In this document: piece by piece, positions 25,501 through 35,100 of the stretch
Numbering within the stretch: the stretch's first letter is position 1
How the letters are laid out: each line of letters opens with the position of its first letter
NCBI GenBank assembly: GCA_950097015.1
Contig: CATNEN010000001.1
Coordinates: forward strand, 17,918,001-17,982,000
Source of the DNA: Macrostomum hystrix
Lineage: Eukaryota; Animalia; Platyhelminthes
DNA length: 64,000 nt
Direction of reading: 5' to 3'
Program-made: the position numbers and the translations under genes
Notes under the pieces: generated by a model
The model's database searches: none
Told to the model about the DNA's origin: nothing
Seen by the model: the letters and a program-made list of their open reading frames with translations, nothing else

Positions 25501-28500
25501 ATCAGATGCTGAAATTTAGGGATCAGATGCTGAAATTTGGGGATCAGATGCTGAAATTTGGGGATCAGATGCTGAAATCTGGGGATCAGATGCTGAAATT
25601 TAGGGATCAGATGCTGAAATTTGGGGATCAGATGCTGAAATTTGGGGATCAGATGCTGAAATTTGGGGATCAGATGCTGAAATTTAGGGATCAGATGTTG
25701 AAATTTGGGGATCAGATGTATAAATTTAGGGATCAGATGTTGAAATTTAGGGATCAGATGTTGAAATTTAGGGATCAGATGTATAAATTTAGGGATCAGA
25801 TGTATAAATTTAGGGATCAGATGTTGAAATTAAGGGATCAGATGTTTAAATTTAGGGATCAGATGTATAAATTTAGGGATCAGATGTATAAATTTAGGGA
25901 TCAGATGTTGAAATTTAGGGATCAGATGTTGAAATTTGGGGATCAGATGTTGAAATTTAGGGATCAGATGTTGAAATTTAGGGATCAGATGCTGAAATTT
26001 AGGGATCAGATGCTGAAATTTAGGGATCAGATGTTGAAATTTAGGGATCAGATGCTGAAATTTAGGGATCAGATGTATAAATTTAGGGATCAGATGTATA
26101 AATTTAGGGATCAGATGTTGAAATTTAGGGATCAGATGCTGAAATTTAGGGATCAGATGTTGAAATTTAGGGATCAGATGCTGAAATTTAGGGATCAGAT
26201 GTATAAATTTAGGGATCAGATGTTGAAATTTAGGGATCAGATGTTGAAATTTAGGGATCAGATGTTTAAATCTGGGGATCAGATGTTTAAATCTGGGGAT
26301 CAGATGTATAAATTTAGGGATCAGATGTTGAAATTTAGGGATCAGATGTTGAATTTTGGGGATCAGATGTATAAATTTAGGGATCAGATGTTGAAATTTA
26401 GGGATCAGATGTTGAAATTTGGGGATCAGATGTTGAAATTTAGGGATCAGATGTTGAAATTTAGGGATCAGATGTTGAAATTTGGGGATCAGATGTTGAA
26501 ATTTAGGGATCAGATGTTGAAATTTGGGGATCAGATGCTGAAATTTGGGGATCAGATGTTGAAATTTGGGGATCAGATGTATAAATTTGGGGATCAGATG
26601 TTTAAATTTGGGGATCAGATGTTTAAATTTAGGGATCAGATGCTGAAATTTGGGGATCAGATGTTTAAATTTGGGGATCAGATGTTTAAATTTAGGGATC
26701 AGATGTTTAAATTTAGGGATCAGATGTTTAAATTTGGGGATCAGATGTTTAAATTTAGGGATCAGATGTATAAATTTAGGGATCAGATGTTTAAATTTAG
26801 GGATCAGATGTTTAAATTTGGGGATCAGATGCTGAAATTTAGGGATCAGATGTTGAAATTTGGGGATCAGATGCTGAAATTTAGGGATCAGATGTTGAAA
26901 TTTAGGGATCAGATGTTGAAATTTGGGGATCAGATGCTGAAATTTAGGGATCAGATGCTGAAATTTAGGGATCAGATGCTGAAATTTGGGGATCAGATGT
27001 TGAAATTTGGGGATCAGATGTTTAAATTTAGGGATCAGATGTATAAATTTAGGGATCAGATGTTGAAATTTAGGGATCAGATGTTGAAATTTGGGGATCA
27101 GATGTATAAATTTAGGGATCAGATGCTGAAATTTAGGGATCAGATGTTGAAATTTAGGGATCAGATGTATAAATTTAGGGATCAGATGTTGAAATTTGGG
27201 GATCAGATGTTGAAATTTGGGGATCAGATGTTTAAATTTAGGGATCAGATGTATAAATTTAGGGATCAGATGTTGAAATTTAGGGATCAGATGTTGAAAT
27301 TTGGGGATCAGATGTATAAATTTAGGGATCAGATGTTGAAATTTAGGGATCAGATGTTGAAATTTGGGGATCAGATGTTTAAATCTGGGGATCAGATGTA
27401 TAAATTTAGGGATCAGATGTTGAAATTTAGGGATCAGATGTATAAATTTAGGGATCAGATGTTGAAATTTGGGGATCAGATGTTGAAATTTAGGGATCAG
27501 ATGTTGAAATTTAGGGATCAGATGTTTAAATCTGGGGATCAGATGTATAAATTTAGGGATCAGATGTTGAAATTTAGGGATCAGATGCTGAAATTTAGGG
27601 ATCAGATGTTTAAATTTGGGGATCAGATGTTGAAATTTGGGGATCAGATGCTGAAATTTAGGGATCAGATGCTGAAATTTAGGGATCAGATGTTGAAATT
27701 TGGGGATCAGATGTTTAAATCTGGGGATCAGATGTATAAATTTAGGGATCAGATGTTTACATTTAGGGATCAGATGTATAAATTTAGGGATCAGATGTTG
27801 AAATTTGGGGATCAGATGTTGAAATTTAGGGATCAGATGTTGAAATTTAGGGATCAGATGTTGAAATTTGGGGATCAGATGCTGAAATTTAGGGATCAGA
27901 TGTTGAAATTTAGGGATCAGATGTTTAAATCTGGGGATCAGATGTATAAATTTAGGGATCAGATGTTGAAATTTAGGGATCAGATGCTGAAATTTAGGGA
28001 TCAGATGTTAAAATTTGGGGATCAGATGTTGAAATTTGGGGATCAGATGCTGAAATTTAGGGATCAGATGCTGAAATTTAGGGATCAGATGTTGAAATTT
28101 GGGGATCAGATGTTTAAATCTGGGGATCAGATGTATAAATTTAGGGATCAGATGTTTAAATTTAGGGATCAGATGTATAAATTTAGGGATCAGATGTTGA
28201 AATTTGGGGATCAGATGTTGAAATTTAGGGATCAGATGTTGAAATTTAGGGATCAGATGTTTAAATCTGGGGATCAGATGTATAAATTTAGGGATCAGAT
28301 GTTGAAATTTAGGGATCAGATGTATAAATTTAGGGATCAGATGTATAAATTTAGGGATCAGATGTTGAAATTTAGGGATCAGATGTATAAATTTAGGGAT
28401 CAGATGTTGAAATTTAGGGATCAGATGTTGAAATTTGGGGATCAGATGTTTAAATTTAGGGATCAGATGTATAAATTTAGGGATCAGATGTTGAAATTTA

Positions 28501-31500
28501 GGGATCAGATGTTTAAATCTGGGGATCAGATGTATAAATTTAGGGATCAGATGTTGAAATTTGGGGATCAGATGTATAAATTTAGGGATCAGATGTATAA
28601 ATTTAGGGATCAGATGTTGAAATTTAGGGATCAGATGTTGAAATTTGGGGATCAGATGTATAAATTTAGGGATCAGATGTTGAAATTTGGGGATCAGATG
28701 TTTAAATTTGGGGATCAGATGTATAAATTTGGGGATCAGATGTATAAATTTAGGGATCAGATGTTGAAATTTAGGGATCAGATGTTGAAATTTGGGGATC
28801 AGATGTTGAAATTTGGGGATCAGATGTTGAAATTTGGGGATCAGATGTTGAAATTTAGGGATCAGATGTTGAAATTTGGGGATCAGATGTTGAAATTTGG
28901 GGATCAGATGTTGAAATTTGGGGATCAGATGTTGAAATTTGGGGATCAGATGTTGAAATTTAGGGATCAGATGTTGAAATTTAGGGATCAGATGTTGAAA
29001 TTTAGGGATCAGATGTTGAAATTTAGGGATCAGATGTTGAAATTTGGGGATCAGATGTTGAAATTTAGGGATCAGATGCTGAAATCTGGGGATCAGATGC
29101 TGAAATTTAGGGATCAGATGTTGAAATTTGGGGATCAGATGTATAAATTTAGGGATCAGATGTTGAAATTTAGGGATCAGATGTTGAAATTTAGGGATCA
29201 GATGTTGAAATTTGGGGATCAGATGTTGAAATTTGGGGATCAGATGTTGAAATTTGGGGATCAGATGTTGAAATCTGGGGATCAGATGTTTAAATTTGGG
29301 GATCAGATGTATAAATTTGGGGATCAGATGTATAAATTTAGGGATCAGATGTTGAAATTTAGGGATCAGATGTTGAAATTTGGGGATCAGATGTTGAAAT
29401 TTGGGGATCAGATGTTGAAATTTGGGGATCAGATGTTGAAATTTAGGGATCAGATGTTGAAATTTTGGGATCAGATGTTGAAATTTGGGGATCAGATGTT
29501 GAAATTTGGGGATCAGATGTTGAAATTTGGGGATCAGATGTTGAAATTTAGGGATCAGATGTTGAAATTTAGGGATCAGATGTTGAAATTTAGGGATCAG
29601 ATGTTGAAATTTGGGGATCAGATGTTGAAATTTGGGGATCAGATGTTGAAATTTAGGGATCAGATGCTGAAATCTGGGGATCAGATGCTGAAATTTAGGG
29701 ATCAGATGTTGAAATCTGGGGATCAGATGTATAAATTTAGGGATCAGATGTTGAAATTTAGGGATCAGATGTTGAAATTTAGGGATCAGATGTTGAAATT
29801 TGGGGATCAGATGTTGAAATTTGGGGATCAGATGTTGAAATTTGGGGATCAGATGTTGAAATCTGGGGATCAGATGTTGAAATTTGGGGATCAGATGTTG
29901 AAATCTGGGGATCAGATGTTGAAATTTGGGGATCAGATGTTGAAATTTAGGGATCAGATGTTGAAATTTGGGGATCAGATGTTGAAATTTGGGGATCAGA
30001 TGTTGAAATTTGGGGATCAGATGTTGAAATCTGGGGATCAGATGTTGAAATTTGGGGATCAGATGTTGAAATCTGGGGATCAGATGTTGAAATCTGGGGA
30101 TCAGATGCTGAAATCTGGGGATCAGATGCTGAAATCTGGGGATCAGATGCTGAAATTTAGGGATCAGATGTTGAAATCTGGGGATCAGATGCTGAAATTT
30201 AGGGATCAGATGTTGAAATCTGGGGATCAGATGCTGAAATTTAGGGATCAGATGTTGAAATCTGGGGATCAGATGCTGAAATTTGGGGATCAGATGCTGA
30301 AATTTAGGGATCAGATGCTGAAATTTGGGGATCAGATGCTGAAATTTGGGGATCAGATGCTGAAATTTAGGGATCAGATGCTGAAATTTGGGGATCAGAT
30401 GCTGAAATTTGGGGATCAGATGTATAAATTTAGGGATCAGATGTTGAAATTTGGGGATCTGTTGTTGACATTTTAAATTTGATCAAAATCCTGCCTAGTG
30501 ATGATCCTAACCTACCTTTCCTATCCAGGCAAAGGGGATCTGTTCGGCACAGACATAAAAAATCCCGACGGTCTGATGCGCTCCATGTGCGACGTTCGAT
30601 CACTGACCTACTGCGATGTTCAGTGCATTGAGCTGAAGGGCCTCATCCAGCTGCTGCTGCAGTATCCTGAGTATCACGAGAAATTTAAAGAGGACCTGCT
30701 GCACGATCTCACTTACAATATGAGAGAGGGAAGCGACTTAGAGGTCAGCGATTGGCTTGGGTATTTCTTACAAAAATTGTGACTACTTGAACATTGACAT
30801 TTAAATTTTAATACTTCGTTGATTTTAGAAAATAACAGCTGCGTGAACTGAATCAATGCAGAGTTAAGTGTTATGCTATGCTAATGGACATTGTTCCAAT
30901 TGAGTCAGGAATCGAACCCCCGACCTACAGGTCGTGAGTCCGACGCTCTAACCACAAGGCTACAACCCCTTAATTAAAAGTACATTTATAGAATGACACT
31001 GACCTAAAAGTGTACTTTTCTAAGAGAACGCAGTCCTAAATGTGCTGCGCCATTAAATTACAATATTCTTAAAGTGCGCTGATCGAAAACGTACAGTTTC
31101 TGTACAAAAGTACAGTTTCTGTACAAAAGTACATTTGAAAATTTACAGTATCCTAAAAGTAAAGCCTCTTAAAAGTACAAAGCTTCCTAAAAGTACAGTC
31201 TCATAAAAGTACAAAGCTTCCTAAAAGTGCAGTCTCATAAAAGTACAAAGCTTCCGAAAAGTACAGTCTCATAAAAGTACAAAGCTTCCTAAAAGTACAG
31301 TCTCATAAAAGTACAAAGCTTCCTAAAAGTACAGTCTCATAAAAGTACAAAGCTTCCTAAAAGTACAGTCTCATAAAAGTACAAAGCTTCCTAAAAGTAC
31401 AGTCTCATAAAAGTACAAAGCTTCCGAAAAGTACAGTCTCATAAAAGTACAAAGCTTCCTAAAAGTACAGTCTCATAAAAGTACAAAGCTTCCTAAAAGT

Positions 31501-32063
31501 ACAGTCTCATAAAAGTACAAAGCTTCCGAAAAGTACAGTCTCATAAAAGTACAAAGCTTCCGAAAAGTACAGTCTCATAAAAGTACAAAGCTTACGAAAA
31601 GTACAGTCTCATAAAAGTACAAAGCTTCCGAAAAGTACAGTCTCATAAAAGTACAAAGCTTCCGAAAAGTATATCCTCCTAAAGTGCTCTGTCCCTTCAA
31701 AAGAGTTCAATTATAAAAAATCTGCACTCCTTTTAAATCACATGATCAAATTGTTTCCTATATTTTCCAGGAAAATAGTTACCTAAAATATAGATTTTTT
31801 AAGCAACAATTGAACCGAACTTCACCAATTCTCAGGAGGAGGAGTATCTCAACGAGCACGCCACCATCATGCCGGCCATCACGCTGCCCTCCATCGGAGA
31901 AGAGAAAGAAGCGGAATTGGAGGCCGAGAACGAAGATAACACCGACGACGAAGACGAAAAACAGGCTGCAGATTCTGCCGGAAGAAAAAAGTGCTCAGCA
32001 ACTGGCGGTTTCCAGGAAATCACTGTGGAAGCAATCAGGCGATCGTCACCACCTCCGCTTTCT

Positions 32064-32107
<44 letters not shown>

Positions 32108-35100
32108 AACTCTGCTACAGAATCCTGGAGATACAGCCATTTCTTCTACAATTTCGGCAGAAACACCGTCCGCTTCTTCAAGGTAGGGAATAGCGAATCA
32201 TTTTCATTTTCATTCTAATTATAAAACAACATGCATCTACGAAACTCGGTATCACATATTTATTGACTTGTCGTTAATTTTTGCAGCTGGAGTCAAAGTG
32301 TTCTGATCACGCTTAGCAGGTAGAGAGTTTTTGTACTCGATTTTTACGCAAAGCAAAATTTTGTTTCAACCGTGCTTTGCTTGCTTTCTGTCTGTCATCA
32401 GCCTTTGGTTCTTGAGTCAGAAACTTTATGCAAGTTTTATAGACTTTGTTGGAGCCACATCTTTTCGTTTCTGCAGTTTAATGCTTAACTAGGGGACAGT
32501 CGGAGTATTTAGAAAATGTTAGCTTACGAACTCATGCATTGTAAATTCATTGCATCTACAAGTCACCGAGGACCCGTTCACTTTCAGCATATTTTCTACT
32601 CTGAATCCTGAGTCTTTGAGCTATATAAAGCTAATGTCTTCATCGAAAAAGGAGTGTATTGTCAAGAAAAAAGATAATACAGCCCCTGTCTAACAGATTT
32701 AGTCCCTGTCTAACAGATTTAGATCCTGTCTAACAGATTTAGATCTTGTCTAACAGATTTAGATCTTGTCTAACAGATTTAGATCTTGTCTAACAGATTT
32801 AGTCCCTGTCTAACAGATTTAGATCTTGTCTAACAGATTTAGATCCTGTCTAACGAATTTAGTCCCTGTCTAACGAATTTAGATCCTGTCTAACAGATTT
32901 AGATCCTGTCTAACAGATTTAGTCCCTGTCTAACAGATTTAGATCCTGTCTAACAGATTTAGATCCTGTCTAACAGATTTAGTCCCTGTCTAACAGATTT
33001 AGATCCTGTCTAACAGATTTAGATCTTGTCTAACAGATTTAAATCTTGTCTAACAGATTTAGTCCCCGTCTAACAGATTTAGATCTTGTCTAACAGATTT
33101 AGATCCTGTTTAACGAATTTAGTCCCTGTCTAACAGATTTAGTCCCTGTCTAACAGATTTAGTCCCTGTCTAACAGATTTAGTCCCTGTCTAACAGATTT
33201 AGTCCCTGTCTAGCGAATTTAGATCCTGTCTAACAGATTTAGACCCTGTTTAACAGATTTAGATCCTGTCTAACAGATCTAGATCCTGTCTAACAGATTT
33301 AGATCTTGTCTAACAGATTTAGCCCCTGTCTAACAGATTTAGATCCTGTCTAACAGATTTAGTCCCTGTCTAACAGATTTAGTCCCTGTCTAACAGATTT
33401 AGTCCCTGTCTAACAGATTTAGTCCCTGTCTAACAGATTTCGTCCCTGTCTAGCGAATTTAGATCCTGTCTAACAGATTTAGATCCTGTCTAACAGATTT
33501 AGATCTTGTCTAACAGATTTAGATCCTGTCTAACGAATTTAGATCCTGTCTAACAGATTTAGATCCTGTCTAACAGATTTAGATCCTGTCTAACAGATTT
33601 AGTCCCTGTCTAACAGATTTAGTCCCTGTCTAACAGATTTAGTCCCTGTCTAACAGATTTAGATCCTGTCTAACAGATTTAGATCTTGTCTAACAGATTT
33701 AGATCCTGTCTAACAGATTTAGTCCCTGTCTAACAGATTTAGTCCCTGTCTAACAGATTTAGTCCCTGTCTAACAGATTTAGTCCCTGTCTAACAGATTT
33801 AGTCCCTGTCTAGCGAATTTAGATCCTGTCTAACAGATTTAGATCCTGTCTAACAGATTTAGATCTTGTCTAACAGATTTAGATCCTGTCTAACGAATTT
33901 AGATCCTGTCTAACAGATTTAGATCCTGTCTAACAGATTTAGATCCTGTCTAACAGATTTAGTCCCTGTCTAACAGATTTAGTCCCTGTCTAACAGATTT
34001 AGTCCCTGTCTAACAGATTTAGATCCTGTCTAACAGATTTAGATCTTGTCTAACAGATTTAGATCCTGTCTAACGAATTTAGATCCTGTCTAACAGATTT
34101 AGATCCTGTTTAACAGATTTAGATCCTGTCTAACAGATTTAGTCCCTGTCTAACAGATTTAGTCCCTGTCTAACAGATTTAGATCCTGTCTAAGAGATTT
34201 AGATCCTGTCTAACAGGTTTAGATCCTGTCTAACAGATTTAGTCCCTGTCTAACAGATTTAGATCCTGTCTAACAGATTTAGTCCCTGTCTAACAGATTT
34301 AGTCCCTGTCTAACAGATTTAGATCCTGTCTAACAGATTTAGATCTTGTCTAACAGATATAGATCCTGTCTAACAGATTTAGTCCCTGTCTAACAGATTT
34401 AGATCCTGTCTAACAGGTTTAGATCCTGTCTAACAGATTTAGATCCTGTCTAACAGATTTAGATCCTGTCTAACAGATTTAGATCTTGTCTAACAGATAT
34501 AGATCCTGTCTAACAGATTTAGTCCCTGTCTAACAGATTTAGATCCTGTCTAACAGGTTTAGATCCTGTCTAACAGATTTAGTCCCTGTCTAACAGATTT
34601 AGTCCCTGTCTAACAGATTTAGATCTTGTCTAACAGATTTAGTCCCTGTCTAACAGATTTAGATCCTGTCTAACAGATTTAGATCCTGTCTAACAGATTT
34701 AGATCCTGTCTAATAGATTTAGTCCCTGTCTAACAGATTTAGTCCCTGTCTAACAGATTTAGATCCTGTCTAACAGATTTAGATCTTGTCTAACAGATTT
34801 AGTCCCTGTCTAACAGCTTTAGATCCTGTCTAACAAGTTTAGATCCTGTCTAACAGATTTAGATCCTGTCTTACATATTCTAGTATTTTCACTTGTCTTC
34901 AAAATGGCTGAAATTGTATTTTCATAGGATAGGATTTTCATGAAAATATTCATGGATGAAATATAAAGTTACTAGACTCGATTTTTAATTCATCATTTAT
35001 AAGCGTGAATTTCATTCAAGTGTCTATAATATATATTATATGTGCTTATTGCTTTCAGTGAACTTCAGTTTGATTAAAATAATATGGTGTTAATCAGCTG

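Noticed and set aside
25371-30476. 1701-aa ORF (DQMLKFR)n
   Set aside because: Translation of a 21-bp intronic minisatellite between two conserved CNBHD exons; non-ATG start, different frame from the exon, open only because the unit lacks a stop in that frame.
30901-30966. Functional tRNA-Val(CAC) gene
   Set aside because: A and B boxes present, but anticodon and acceptor stems do not pair.
12171-34870. Regular 20-36-bp repeats as CRISPR arrays
   Set aside because: Head-to-tail units with no unique spacers, no cas genes, eukaryotic context.
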